Positions 11,259 to 30,261 of a DNA stretch of 64,000 bases are shown here, piece by piece. A model generated the notes under the pieces. It ran no database searches. It saw nothing but the letters and a program-made list of their open reading frames with translations, and had not been told where the DNA came from. Within the stretch, counting starts at the first letter, position 1. Each line of letters opens with the position of its first letter. Position numbers and translations under genes: made by a program. This DNA comes from the human T2T-CHM13v2.0 reference genome, Homo sapiens: NCBI RefSeq assembly GCF_009914755.1, contig NC_060925.1, one strand, 5' to 3'.

Positions 11259-13494
11259 CAAAGGCACCCCATATGCCTCCAAGATAATACAAAGCTATGG
11301 GCGCAGCGTCTGGTGCCCCCCTGTGTCCAGCTCTTCTACCCCTCTGGTCTTGTTTCTTGCTGTTTTCTCAAATGCTGCATAGGACTGCCCTTCACTCCTG
11401 TTTGGGTTGGACAGGGTCATCTTAACTAATGGCAGTTAGTTAAGGACAAGTGAGTTGGGAAAAACCCAGGAAAAGTCTTGCAAATCCAATACATCTGAAC
11501 TGTGTGTCACCTCCCCTCCCTCTCTGGAGGCCCAGAGCATCCTGTTGTCCTGGTAGAGGGGTCCAGGCTGGCTCCTGCCCCTGTCCAGGTTCCTCTCAAT
11601 CCCGCCTCAAGGCTCACCCTCTCACCTCTCAGGTTGGTGTCCCCTCCTTTCCTCTGAATTCTTGCTATTCCTGCTGGCATATCTGCTAATCCCTGGCTGG
11701 CCTCCCTGCTTCTCCCATGCCGAAGCTTCTTCAAAAGAACTCCGCACCCGCATATCTGGGAATAATTTCTGTTTTCCAGTGAGCAGGGAAGTGTTAATTA
11801 CTACCAGCACCTTCCTTGTCTCTTTTGAAACCTCCGTCTCAGAGCTGTGTGATAAAGGAACTAAATCCTAATTAATAACAGACAGCACCATTCTGAAATT
11901 GTGTTTTCCTGTTCTCAGAGATTATAATCAGCAAGGGAGGATGAGAGAGAGAGGTGGGAGGTTGGGGAGAAAACAAGAAAAGAAAGAAAACAGTTCTTCA
12001 GCTGGGGGAGGAATCACAGGGCTTTGAGAACACATAGGCAGGCCTCTAGTGGTCCCTGGGAGGTGGGGGGAAGCAGGTGACCATGGGCAAGACCAATAAA
12101 ACCTGCAGAATTGGATTTTTGTTTCTAGATTACTGATATCTGGACACATTCCACTCTCCATGTTGTGGTGGAAAGTTGATTTGTTCAAATAAAATAAAAT
12201 GTGCTGCTGAGCATTCCGTGTCCTGGGTACAAATCTGGAAAGGAGGAAAGTGGTGGTTTCCGAGTACAAACAGCACTCACCCAGCTGCTGCTGTGCCCAC
12301 TGTAGGCAGGCCACTGCGGGTAGGATGCGACTGCCAATGTCGCAGAAGCAAGTCCTTGATAATCACAGTGGGACAGGTTTTCTGAGCTGTAGACTGACTC
12401 TGTGTCTGGCAGCCTGATGGGGCAGGCACTGGCATGGGGACAGCAGGGGGCTGGCATGGCGGGGACACTGGAGGAAGGGCACTCCTGGCTTGGTGGCCAT
12501 GGCCTCTGAATGTCTGCAGGCTTCTCAGGCCCTAGGGTAGAAATGCAGGAGGTAACAGGGAGACCTGGATTTTGCCAGCTCTGAGGCCCTCCTGCCTTAG
12601 AGGGAATCTGGTCTCTTGCAAGCTCCCTAAGAGCCACTGGGTGTCTCAGGTGGGCTCAACAGCCAACGGGTCACCTACGATCAGAGTGGGGAGGCAGCTC
12701 TGTTCTCCCTCCTGCTGCCACTGACCTGCACTTGGGAAGCCACAAGAAGGACTTCAAGGGCCTCAGTCGGGACGAAAGTGCCTAAGAGCCTGGGTCCTCA
12801 TGACCTTTGAGCTGCCCGTCGTCAAGCTTCCTGAGTGGGACATGGTTCTATGCAGAAGCTGGGAGAATGCCTGCTCTCAGTTCAGCGATACGCTTTCTTC
12901 TGGGTCCTGAGCACCTAGCAAGTACCAGTCCCTAGCAGCAGTGTGGTCAAAGAGCTAAACAAACAGGGTTTCTGCTCAGACACCTAGAATCTAGGGAGTG
13001 ACAGGAGCACACGCTCAATTGCTCCTCCAAAGCCCAACTGTGTAGGGGTAGGAATAACTGTGTCCCTGAGCATGCTATTGGTTCCATATACCTGCACAGG
13101 TATGTGCTGCCTCCTGCCAACACATTCCACTGTGTGGACAGGCTGGACAGACACACATAAGAACAGGGGCTGCTACAAGGTTGAGAGAGCCCATATGGGG
13201 AGGCGGTAATAGGGAATGGTGAAGGGTGCAGGCCTCGGGGCCAGGCCCCCCTGGGTTCATTTTCTGACTCCACCAAATGCTGAACGTGCCACCCTGTGTA
13301 AGTTATAGAACCTGTCTGAGCCTCAGTTTTCTCATTATCATTTCTTTTTGACAGACGGAGAAACTGAGGGGCAGAGAGATTAAGTGACTTGCTGGAAGGC
13401 ATGGCAGTGTGAAGTGTCAGAGCCAGTCAGTCTGCTTTTAGAGTCCAGGCCCTCAAAGGCCATAGCATCTTGGGTGAGACTGACAATTTGCATT

Positions 13495-13765
13495 TCTTTT
13501 TTTTTAAAGTTTTATTGTTTTAGAGACAGAATCTCACTCTGTCGCCCAGGCTGGAGTACAGTGGCATAATCATAGCTCACTGTAGCCTTGACCTTCTGGG
13601 CTCAAGAAATCCTTCCACATCAGCCTCCTGAGTAGCTGGGATCACAGACATGCGTTGCCATTTCCGGCTAATTAAAAAAAATTTTTTTGAGATGGAGTCT
13701 TGCTATGTTGCCCAGGCTGGTCTTGAGCTTCTGGCTTCAAGCAATCCTCCAGCCTTGGCTTCCCA
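13495..13765 (-). mobile_element. AluJ-type SINE, slightly 5'-truncated
   Basis: Poly-T followed by gagacagaatctcactctgtcgcccaggctggagtacagtgg...atagctcactgtagccttgacc...gggctcaag (J-type diagnostics). Dimeric. Confidence 0.92.
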
Positions 13766-14465
13766 CTTCTCTCCTGGAACCCCACTTTAAAAACCACTGG
13801 TCTACAGAATAAAGGTGGTGTGGAGAAGGGCTGGGGAGGAACATTTATGGAGCACCCACCATGTGATGGGTCCTGCCTTGTTACAAGGGCCACACTGAGT
13901 TCATCTCGGTTTGCATCTCTGTACAATGTGAAATGGGTTTGCTGTGAGGCTCCAGTAAGTCAACACACCATGTGAAGTGCTAAGCACAGGGCTGTGTGCA
14001 GTAAGTGCCCAGTGGAGTGTTAGCTGGTGCTGTCACTCTGCCTGTAGGCGGTACTGAAGCTGCATTATCCTGGTTAATCCCCTCATGAGCTCTGAGGACT
14101 AAGCTCAGACAGAAGATATTTAATGGAAAAAAAGATGAATGAGCCTGGCTTGAGATACTCAGGGGCCCTTCTGGGGCAGTGTGGCCTTGGATTGGACCTG
14201 GAGATTTGAGGAGGGGTGGGTGAGAGGGCAGGGTGGGGATCTCCTGACATAGGCAATGTTTTTGGCCTTGCAAAGTGACAAAAATAGCCTTTCCATTAGA
14301 TTAATGCTCAGGAGGTGTCCTGGCAGGGTGTGGGTGTGACTGAGGCAGCAGGAGAAGGCCTAGGCCCTAAGCAGGGGGCAGGAGACTGAGGGCAGGAGCC
14401 GCTCTCCTGCTGACCTGCTGTGTGACTTGGGGCAGGTTCCTAACTGTCTTTGGTTTCATAGCATG

Positions 14466-14817
14466 TGATATGGTTTGGCTGTGTCCCCATCCAAATCTCA
14501 CCTTGAACTGTAGCTCCCATAATTCCCATGTGTTGTGGGAGGGACCTGGTGGGAGGTAATTGAATCACGGAGGTGGGTCTTTCCCATGCTATTCTTATGA
14601 TAGTAAGTCTCACAAGATCTGATGGTTTTATAAAGAGGAGTTCCCTGCAAAAGTTCTCTCTTGACTGCTGCCATGTAAGATGTGCCTTTCACCCTCTGCC
14701 ATGATCCTGAGGCCTTCCCAGCCACGTGGAACTGTGAGTCCATTAAACCTCTTTTTCTTTATAAATTACCGAGTCTTGGGTATATCTTTATCAGCAGCGT
14801 GAAAATGGACTAATACA
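14466..14817 (+). mobile_element. THE1 (MaLR) solo LTR, THE1B-like
   Basis: Starts tgatatggtttggctgtgtcccc and ends gaaaatggactaataca. Perfect 5-bp TSD GCATG (14461-14465 / 14818-14822). Adjacent to a MIR relic. Confidence 0.95.
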
Positions 14818-15260
14818 GCATGTCAGCCCAGGAGGGTGTCAAAAATAATCCAGTCCAACTCCATTCTTCACACATGGGGAAGATGAGGCCTGGAGAGGGG
14901 AAGCAACTTGCAGGAGAACCCTCAGCATGGATATCTGAGTGGAAGCAGAGCCTGCAGTTCCTGGGCTGTAAGAGTGGCTCTTGATCTCTGCACCTACTCA
15001 TCGGCTGGGTCATCTTGAACAAGTTACCCAGCTTCTCTGAGCCTCAGTTCCTACACCTCAGGAAGCCCATCCACAGAAAAGCAACTCATTAAATGGGTGG
15101 GCTTCACTTTCAACAGCAGCCACTGAAGTCCTGGTCTTCGCAGACACAGGTCCTTCATAGCCGCTGCCTGCTTCTGTTTCTGCCTCTCTGGTGAAATGGC
15201 GGCCTGGTTTCCAGGCCCAGACCAGGGCTGATGTATCTGCCTGTCACTGGGTATCTAATG

Positions 15261-15347
15261 GATCATTGGACAAATTGATTTTTGCTAAATCGGTCATTTG
15301 ATGAATTGATATTTGCTAAATGGATTTTCAGCAAATTAACCCAGAAT
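15261..15347. mobile_element. MER53-like DNA element relic
   Basis: Internally repeated aaattgatttttgctaaat / gaattgatatttgctaaat units ending cagcaaattaacccagaatc. Confidence 0.45.
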
Positions 15348-17589
15348 CTCTACATCTGAGGGCTGTTCAAAAGATTAAATGAGATAATCCATGAGAAACA
15401 TTTAGCATAGGGCTGGCACATAGTCGGTACTCACTAAATGTTAGCCATAATTATTATTTATTATTATTATTACCGATACTGTCATGGTTGTGACAAAGTA
15501 CTGCAGATGCTGGGCAAGGGAGAATCTTGGTGGACAGGGTAATGGGGCAGGTGGAGTCGGGGGCTCAGGAACAGGGTGGGGCCTCAGGACCTGTCAAGCC
15601 TGATCCCAGGAAGAGGCCTGGTTAGGGACCAAGCCAGAGCTAGGTAACAGAGATGGCTAAGCTCAAGCTCTCAGAGCAAAGAAGGAGGAGGTCTGGGGCT
15701 AGGACCAGTCTGTCTATCCACAGCATTAGTCCCTGAGTACAGGGCAGCACATGGTTTGAGGGCAAGGTTGCGGGTCAGGCAGCCAGGGCCCAGCCCAGGC
15801 CCTGATGGCCTCTGGAGCCCTTTCTCTAAGGGTTTTTCTGGCTTTGCCACTCTGAGCTGCAAGATCACCTTTCTCTCCACGGGCTGTGCTTGCCTGCAAG
15901 CAAGGTGAATGCTCTTTGCTTTAAAACAGCCTCCCTGGGTGCCCGGAATCCTTGCTTAGCATCATTCCCCTTGGGTCAGCATTACCTTCCCAGAGCCCTG
16001 GGAGGGGCCATCCCAGCACTGGCTGTGAGCACCTCTGTGTCCCCACCCAGAGATACACATCTGCCCAGGGAAATGCACCTGACTGTTTTAGCCCAGCACC
16101 CTGTGACTACCCCCAATCTCAGGAGAAAGGCTGCCTTTGGGCCTCCATTTCCCACAGTGATGAGCGCTGGGAGGCTCAGCTTTGTCTTTCTGTCTCTTGT
16201 TGATATGGGCAGGTGTCGTGGCTGCGCCTGAAATCTCCACACACTTTACAGTTACCTTGGACACAAAAAAATTCCTTTTTGCTTAAGTTGATTTGGGTTG
16301 GCTTTTCTATTACTTACAACTGAAATATTCCAAAAGATTTTTCATGTTGCTCTGTCTTTGCAGGGAGGAGCCGTGGGCTCACAGGGTTGAGCGACTTCTG
16401 TGCCAGGTGCTGGGTTCAGTGCTTCCTCCCAAGTCATCACCACAGCCCTCCGAAGTCATCATTCCCATTTTGCAGATGAAGACACTCAGGTCCATGGAGA
16501 TGGAGTAATCTGCCAAAGACCTTGAACTGGGAACTAGCTGAGCCATTCTCCTGCACCCAGCTGTCTTCTCTTGAGGCTCAGCGCTCAGGCCCTTGGGAGT
16601 CAGAGGACAGAGAACAAGGGCACCGTCCAGGCACCTCCGCAGGCCAGTCTACGGACCTGCCCAGGAAAGAGTAGGGGGGGTGGGGGTGGTACATGATGTA
16701 GGGGTTGAAATTTGAGTACTGGAAAAAGACAGATGTAGACAGAAAGGATTTTTTAAAATAACGGATAAACAACTTCAGCTCCTCTCCCCGAGTAGTTGGG
16801 CTCACATGTATGGTTAACCAAGGCTCTTTTCCTCTCCCTCCCCAACCGGGGCAATGGCAGGGGGCGGGGGCTGGGAAGGATCCCTGTCTCCTGGCTGTCC
16901 CCAGCACCCATGGCTTCTAAAAGCAGGCACATTTCGAGATATTCAGGAGGAAGAAGGAAGCTGAGCCTAGATCTGCAATCTCCTACTAAAATGAAAGCGA
17001 TTTTACAGAAAGCTTAAGCCACAGTGCTCACGCAGCAGGCAAATGACTGGGTGGCCACCGGGCTCGGCTGCAGGTGAGGAGGTGGGGGCTCAGGGAGGTC
17101 GAGAGCAGCAGAGGAGACCCAAGCCCAGCTCTGCCTGCCCCTCGGCCCTGGCTCTTTCTATTGTTGGGGGCGCCTCCGAGGTTTTGTCACTCACTCACTC
17201 ACTCGCTCAGTCACTCATTCCATTATTCCTCCAGAAAACATGACTGAGGACCTATCAGGAGCCTGGCCTCTGGGAAGATTGGGTCCAGTAAAGACGGCAG
17301 AGAAGACAGCAGGAGGTCCAGAGGGCTGGGGAGGAGCGGGGAGAGGATGACACCTGTCTGCCTTCGGGGATTGAGGACAGAGAATGGGGTGCTCTGCTGG
17401 GAGGGACTGAAACCCACTGGGGCTGGCTTAAATCATACCTGGGACCTGATTCCCTGGAGACGTCTGGTGGAGCCTGGGCCTACTGGAGGGGACCGCTCTC
17501 CCTCCTTCCCTCCCTCCCTCTCTGGTCCCAGCTCCATGCTGTCTCTCTCCTGCCCTCCCTCCACCTTCTTCCTTCCCTCACTAGGGTCC

Positions 17590-17720
17590 TACAGGCGCCC
17601 TGGGCCCAGGTCCGGCTCTCGGGCCAACCCTGAGCTGATTGGTCTGCCTTGGGTCAGGTGTCTGCCCCAGTCCAGCCAGCTGTGGCAAGGGCGTGGCCAC
17701 ACAACACGTGCAAGTGCGGG
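17590..17720 (-). mobile_element. Old MLT1-type (MaLR) LTR relic
   Basis: ctgattggtctgccttgggtcaggtgtctgccccagtccagccagctgtggcaaggg matches the remembered antisense MLT1J/K pattern (ctgattgg...gggtcacgtg...ccaatcagctgtggcc). Confidence 0.45.
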
Positions 17721-18769
17721 GCGGGGGTCATCTCCGGGTCCAGAAGGGGTGGGGGTAGGGGTGATGGTAGGGGTGGGGGGTGGCACCCCAAGAAGGCACT
17801 GGCCGGGATCCTCACAACAGCCCTCGGAGGAGCTGTCTCCATGTTAGGGATGAGGTACTGGAGAGCCTTAGAAGCAAAGTGCCCGACTACCTGGGTAGCA
17901 AAGTCCAGACTTGAGCCCAGCCTGTCTGACTTCAGCTTCATGCTCAGAACCACGCGCCATGCTGCCCTATTGCGACCAAGCCCTGTGCCAGGGACACAGA
18001 TGGAGGGCACACTGTCCTGCCCAGTGCAGCCCCATCACGAGTCAGGGAGGTCGCGTCTTCACAGTTGGTAGTGAAAGGTGTGGGTGTTTGGATGGTTCCT
18101 CTATTTAGAACTTATCCCATAGATGGGGAAACTGAGGCCCAGATTGGGGCAGGGGCTTGCCTGATGTGACAAAGCCCAGGTCTTCAAGGAGGAATGTGTG
18201 AGGCGAAGGAGGGTGGTCAGAAGCTGTGGGTGGGGCTGGCTTTGGGATGCAGCGGCTTGGGGCTTGGACCTGGGCTACAGTTCAGGGCCCAGCACAGGCT
18301 TGGGTGGGATTCAGGATCTTATGTGTGGGCTCCAGGAGGATTAACTGGGCAGCCACGTGCAGATGGATGAAGGGGAGAAGGGAAGGAAAGAGCTACTCCC
18401 TTGAATTCAGGTCGTGTGGACATGATGTCATGGCAGGTGGTTGAAAAGAAAAATACAAGAAAGCCACAACAATAACACCACCAACCTAGTAGAGTATCGC
18501 TGAGCGTGGAGTTCAAACTGCATTGGAGACTCAGAGCTTTTAAAAATGAAACGTTATAAAGTTTGCATTTTGCAGGAAGAGAAAGAGGGTGAGGGCCCAG
18601 TGCTGGGTATAGAAGTCACTGGGAGGGACAGAAATAGCTTTTGTTTCTTATCTACTTCCAGGAACCCTATTAGGTGAGAGGGCTGACAGTGACAACATTT
18701 CCCCACTGGGGACGGCCCCGCCTTCCTGGAGATAGTGGCCTGATTATCCAAATGTCCCAGAATCCTCCA

Positions 18770-18873
18770 GAACATAAGTGCCCCGGGAGCAGGGACTTCT
18801 TGTATCTTGTTCTCGGCTTATCTCCAGTGCAGCATCAGATGCTCAGTGAAGATTTGGTAAATGAATGAATGAA
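18770..18873 (+). mobile_element. L2 3' terminus with (GAAT)n tail
   Basis: gggagcagggacttcttgtatcttgttc...gctcagtgaagatttggtaaatgaatgaatgaa. Confidence 0.75.
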
Positions 18874-19237
18874 CGTGAAATCATGTGTGTTTTCCCCAAC
18901 ATTTCCACCAGTGGGGAAGCTTTTCCTTCACTCTATGCTCATCCAGCCCAGGGGTTATGAACCCAATTTTCAAAGTAAAGAGCTCAGGTTTAGACAGGTT
19001 TAATGACTCACTCATTTCTTTACAGGGATCAACTGGGACTTGAACTCAGAACCCTGGGCTTCCAGCGTATTCTGTGTTGTGTTCTAGGGGTGCTGCGCCA
19101 TGCTGTGGGTCAGAGTATAGACTCGGGGCACAGGCAGACCTGGCTGAAGTCCTAACCTGCCTTTCCACAGGTGTGTCATGGTAGGTGACTTGGGCCTCAG
19201 TTGTGTTGTGAGAGTTAAGTGAGAAATGAGTCTGGAG

Positions 19238-19457
19238 TAGGGGTCCTCAGCCTGGGCACTACTGAGGTATTTGGGCCAGATAATTCCACATTGTGGAGAC
19301 TGTTCTGTGCATCACAGGGTGATCAACAGCATCCCCGTCCTGTACCCACTAGATGCCGGTAGCACCTCCCACCCCCGGATATGACAACTGAAAATGTCTT
19401 CAGATGCGTCAAAAATTTCCTCTCGGGGGCAGCATGGCCCCTGCATGGGAACCACTA
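19238..19457 (+). mobile_element. MER20 (hAT-Charlie) DNA transposon, near full length, inserted in a MIR
   Basis: About 220 bp. Degenerate TIRs taggggtcctcagcc / gggaaccacta. Internal agcatccccgtcctgtacccactagatgccggtagcacc. Imperfect 8-bp TSD gtctggag/gagtggag. Confidence 0.85.
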
Positions 19458-20269
19458 GAGTGGAGCACCTAGCCCGGTGCCAGGCACAGGGGACTGTTAC
19501 TTTATTATCATTATTATTATCATCAGGATGATTGTCCATGGGCGCAGGGGCCTCATCTGTCTTGTTTACTGCAGCATCCCTGGGGCCTGCCCTGGCCTGG
19601 CACATAGTAGGTGCTCAGTGCTTGGGACTGCAGCCCCCAGGCTCCACTGCCAGCAGCCTGGGGTCTCCTCTGTGCAGCTGGATGGCTTCTTCCTGATGCC
19701 CCGTCTGCCAAAGAAACAGCAGTGGACTCTCAAGGAAGGAGCAGTTTCTTGGGATTTTCAATCTCTCTCTCTCTGTTCCTGTTCTCACTCTCCAGTACCG
19801 TGCCAGCTGGACTCTGGCAGAGCTGGTGGCAAAATGACAGGGATCCAAGGTTTCAGGCCTTTTGCTCCGACTTTTATCCCCCGATTTCATGCAGCTGCAG
19901 CTCTTGCTGCCACTCAGCTGGAGAAATGTCAAAACTATATTAAATCATAGGGCATGAGTGAGCAGTAAGATGACACTTGTCACACACCTCTTGCTGTTTC
20001 CGAGGCTCTTGCGCCCTGACTTGGCCTGTCTTGTGCTCTGAGGGCTTTGCTCATTTCCCCTGCCCTGCTCCGTAATCACATCTGTGGAATTTGAAGTGAC
20101 TTTCCTGGAATGAGACCTGGAGGAGGTGGGGTACATTTGTCCACAAGACATAGGAAGTGGTGGCCAACATGCCAGGCCCAGGAGCCCAAGCCAGGGTGGT
20201 GCAGGGGCGCAGGGTCCAGCAGAACCAACCTGTTAAAGGCAGCTGACAGCTGGAGTTACTTTTTCCCCT

Positions 20270-25810
<5,541 letters not shown>

Positions 25811-25899
25811 GTTATGTTTTCAAAGAAATTTTCACTGGATATAAAGTTATATGTTCATCATTTGTGTGTGTGTGTGTGTGTGAATTATCTTTCAAAAAA

Positions 25900-27860
25900 C
25901 AAGAAAAGATCTTACATTTCTGGTGCTTTTTATTTTTTTGTGTGTAGATACATATTTTCATCTGATATCATTTTCCTTCTGCCTGAAGGACTATCTTTAA
26001 CATTTCTGTATTGAGGATTTTTATATGTCTGAAAAAAGTTTTTATTTTACCTTCATTTTGAAAGATATTTTTACTGGTTATAGAATTATAAGTTCACAGA
26101 TATTTCTCTTTCAATACTCTAAAAATGTTGTTTCACTTTCCTCTTGCTTTTATTGTTTCTGAAAAGAAATAGGTTGCTGTTGTTATCTTTGTTCCTTTGT
26201 ACTTGATTTTTTTTCTCTGTTGGCTTTTGATATATTCTTTTTATCACAGGCTTTAAGAAATTTCATTATGATGTGCTTTTTATCCTTTTTTGTGCTGGGA
26301 ATTTGTTGAGATTCTTCAGTCTCTGGGTTTACAGATTTCACCAAATTTAGAAAATTTTCTGCTATTATTTCTTCAAGTATTTTTTTCTGCTCCACCCCCT
26401 TTCTCTTTCCCCTCTGGGGACTTGAATGACCAGTATATCAACCTGCTTGAAGTTGTTTCACAGCTCACAGATGCTCTTTTCAGTTTTGTAAAATTCTTTT
26501 TTTCTCTCCGTATTTTATTTTGGATAGTTTCTATTGCTATACCTTCAAGCTTACTAATCTTTTCTTCAACATAGTATACTTTTCATCTCAAACACTGTAG
26601 TTTTCATCTCTTGAATTTTTATTTGGCCCTTTTTTGTTTTTCTGAGATGGAGTCTTGCTCTGTCTCCCAGGCTGGAGTGCAGTGGCACGATCTCAGCTCA
26701 CTGAAACTTCTGCCTCCTGGGTTCTAGCGATTCTCCTACTTCAGCCTCCCCAGTAGCTAGGACTGCAGGCACCCACCATCATGCTTGGCTAATTTTTGTA
26801 TTTTTGTAGAGATGGGGTTTCACCATGTTGGCCAGGCTGGTCTTGAGCTCCTACCCTCAGGTGATCCACCTGCCTCGGCCTCCCGAAGTGCTGGGATTAC
26901 AGGTGTGAGCCACTGCACCTGGACTTGTTTGGCTCTTTAAAAGATATTTTTTATGTCCCTACATAACTTTTTGAACATAGAGAACACAATGTTAAGAGTA
27001 GTTTTAATGTCTTTGTCTGCAAATTCTAACATCTCTGTCAGTTTAGGGTTGGTTATAATTGATTGATTTTTCTCCTCATTATGGGTCATATTTTCCTGCT
27101 TTGTATGCCTGGCAATCTTTAATGGGATGTCAGATATTTTCAATTTTACCCTCCTCGGGTGGTGAATGTTTTTGTATCCTTATAAGCATTCCTGAGCTTT
27201 GTTCTAGGACCTAATTAAGTTGCCTGGAAACAGTTTAAGCCCTTCAGGTCTTTCTTTAAAGAATTGTTAGGTGGGACCAGAGCAGCGTTCAGCCCAGAGC
27301 TAATTTTCCCTACTCCCAAGGCAAGATTCTTCTGAGAACTCTACTTAATGCTCAGCGAATTAGAATATTTTCCAGTCTAGATAATAGGACCAGTTGTGTC
27401 CCCAGCCCAGTGCAAACACTGGGAATGGTTCCCTCCAATCCTCTTGAATGATTCTTTCTCAGTCTCAGCTCTTTCCTTCACACATGTATGCGGATTGGTG
27501 CTCAGTGAAATACTCACCGAAGGTCCTCTGCAGATTCTCAGAGCTTTTCCTCTGTGCAGTTTTCTCCTCTCCAGGGTTCTGTGCTATGAAATCTAGCTGC
27601 CTTATTCTGCCAAAATTTCAGCTTCATCTCCTTAATTCAGGTGTCTACTGGCTCCACCTCGTTCTCCCTTCTCATGCTGTGAAACTCTCAAGGCTGTAAG
27701 CCAGAGCAGCCATGGGCTGACCTTATCACATTCCTCTCTCAGGGATCACTCATCATTGCCTGAAGTTCAGTGAATTGAAAACTGTTGCTTCATTTATTTT
27801 GTAACAAAGTCTGGAGGATAAATCTAGAACCTGTTACTCCACCCTAGCAGGAATGGAAGT
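25900..27860 (-). mobile_element. Old L1 5' region/ORF1 fragment (L1M-type)
   Basis: Minus ORF 26183-26395 KKILEEIIAENFLNL...KHIIMKFLKACDKKNISKANREK is L1 ORF1p-like. 26937-27143 resembles the L1M ORF1 N-terminus. Confidence 0.8.
26630..26924 (-). mobile_element. AluS-type SINE
   Basis: Full dimer with ctcaggtgatccacctgcctcggcctccc. Flanking imperfect TSD ttatttggccct / ttgtttggctct. Confidence 0.95.
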
Positions 27861-28726
27861 CTGGCACCTGGGTTTCCTGGCTGTTCACTGAACAAAGTGA
27901 ACATCTTCAACTCTCCATTAGTTATTGGCTTTGAGACTTGTTCCTACAAGTATGTGTCTTCTTGTGGGCCATTCACAGGAATGGAGTTTTTCATGAATAA
28001 TACTGCACCTCCTCACGTCTCAGATACTGTGGATTTTTAAAGGTCTGTCATCAGTTTAGGAACAGTTTTTTTGGTGAACAAGAGATTTAAAGATCTATCA
28101 TTAGTTTAGTAATAGGTTTTCAGTGAACAAGAGACAAGAAATGTATTTTTTCAATTGTAAGACACATTCCACTCTTTCTAAAAAATAGACTTTATTTTTT
28201 ACAGCAGTTTTAGATTCACAGCAAAATTAAGTAGCAGGGACAGAGACATCCCATATACTCCCCACCCTGACACGCACAGCTTCCCAGGTTATCAAAATCC
28301 CACACCAGAGAGATAGATTTGTTACAACTGATGAACTTACATTGACACATCATTATAAGCCAAAGTCTATGGTTTACCTTAGGGTTCACTCCTAGTGTTG
28401 TACATTCTGTGAGTTTAGACAAATGTATAATGACATGCATCCACCATGACAGTATCATACAGAATAGTTTCACTGCCCTAAACATCCTCCATGCTTCACC
28501 TATTCACCGCTCCTTCCACCCCAACTCCTGGAAACCTCTGATCTGTTTACTATCTCCATAGTTTGCCTTTTCTAGAATGACATATAGTTGAACTCATACA
28601 GTATGTAACCTTTACAGATTGGCTTCCTCCACTTAATAACATGCATTTAAGTTTCCTTCATGTTTTTTTTTTCATGGCTTGATAGTTCCTATCTTTAGCA
28701 CTGAATAATATTCCATTGTCTGGATA

Positions 28727-29357
28727 TGAAACGGTGTCATCTGTCTCAGGAAGTACCTGAGGTTTGTTGTCCCATGCTAAGGAAATCGAAGATGTGGACA
28801 CACAAGGAGTGAGTTTAAGAGCTGAAAGTTTAATAGGCGAAAGAAAGAAGAGAGCTTCCTTGTGCAGAGGAAGGGGTCCTGAATGGGTTTCTGGGTTTAG
28901 GGTGAGATATGTTTGGTTTTATAGATGAGCTTGAGGAGGTGGTGTCTGATTTACATAAGGCCTAGTGGATTGGTTGGACCAGGTGTGCCATTTACATAGC
29001 TTGTGAGGAGGCTGGCCATCCTACCCTAATCTTTTATTATGCAAATGGATTTTTTACCTGGCTGGTGCCATGTTGCCTGCTTTTCTTTGCACACATGGCA
29101 ACAAAGAAAAGGGAAGAGGGAACCTTCATGTTAAATATATCTGACTTCCAGGTTTCCCTTTACTATTGGAACAACTGCTGGCATTCACATATGCAGGCTT
29201 CCAGCTTGCTCATCTATACTTGCAGCTTGATTTTTCAGGCTGCTTTTTGTTAGATAAGAAATGATTTGGGAGCTACTCTTCATTAAAAGAAAAACCTTAC
29301 CAAGGACTCCTTTACCTTCACTAACTGCCTAAATAATTTCTTTTTAGCCCTGTATCA
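28727..29357 (-). mobile_element. ERV1-class solo LTR, LTR9-like
   Basis: The reverse complement begins tgatacagggctaaaaaagaaattatttaggcagttagtg and ends gtttca (TG...CA). 631 bp. Near-perfect 4-bp TSD gata/gatg within L1. Confidence 0.8.
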
Positions 29358-29855
29358 GATGTACCACAGTTTATTTAGCCATTCACCTACTGAAGGACAT
29401 CTGGGTTGCTTCCAAGTTTCAGCAATCATGAGTAAAGCTGTTACAAACATTCATGTGCAGGTTTTTGTGTGGACCTGAGTCTTCCACTCCTTTGAGTAAA
29501 TACCAGGGAGCATGATTACTAGGTGGTAAACATATGTTTAGTTTTGAGGGAAATTGCCAAACTGCCCTCCAAAGTGGCTGTACCATTTTGCATTCCCACC
29601 AGAAATTAATGAGAATTCCCTTTGCTTCCTATTCTCACCAGCATTTGGTGTTGTCCATGTCCTGGATTTTGGCCATTCTAATAAATGTATGGTGGTAGTT
29701 CATTGTCTTAATTTGTATTTCCTTGATGACATATGATATAGCGTATCTTTTCATATGATCATTTGCCATCTTTATCTTCTTTGGCAAGGTGTCTGTTAAG
29801 GTCTTTGGCCAATTTTTTTAAATGGGCTATTTGTTTTCTTACAGTTGCTTTAAGA

Positions 29856-30260
29856 TGTAGACCAAAATTAAGATGTGGAGGCAGAAATAACTTCTTTTAT
29901 TTCATTTTCTTAAATGCTTATTAGAAATCGCATTTGAGGATCAACCCAGGAAGACCCACCAACAAAGCCAGGTGTGTTCCCAGGTCTGTTACAAGTTGGA
30001 ATGCTTTTATTAAAAAGTTTAGGAGAAGGGAGGGGACTCTATATCAGAGTTGTCCATTTCCATTGGAGGGTAGAATACAAAATTTATCATCATTGGCTAC
30101 AGATGCCACATACAGGCTAAGAAGTTTTATGTACAAGACAATCAGTGAAATTTCCTGATTCAGAAACAAATCGGTGTCCTTTTCAATGTCGGTCAGTTAT
30201 GTATTAATCTATCAACAGTTCGAGGAAGTAACAATAACATTTGAGGGACTCACAAGTAAG
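29856..30260 (-). mobile_element. ERV1-class LTR fragment (LTR24-like, family uncertain)
   Basis: The reverse complement ends ...ttatttctgcctccacatcttaattttggtctaca, with upstream TATA-like and AATAAA-like motifs. It interrupts L1. Confidence 0.6.
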
Positions 30261-30261
30261 A

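Noticed and set aside
10780-11382. 200-aa ORF with HT-rich segment
   Set aside because: Length is inflated by the 11109-11258 CA tract. No recognisable protein features.
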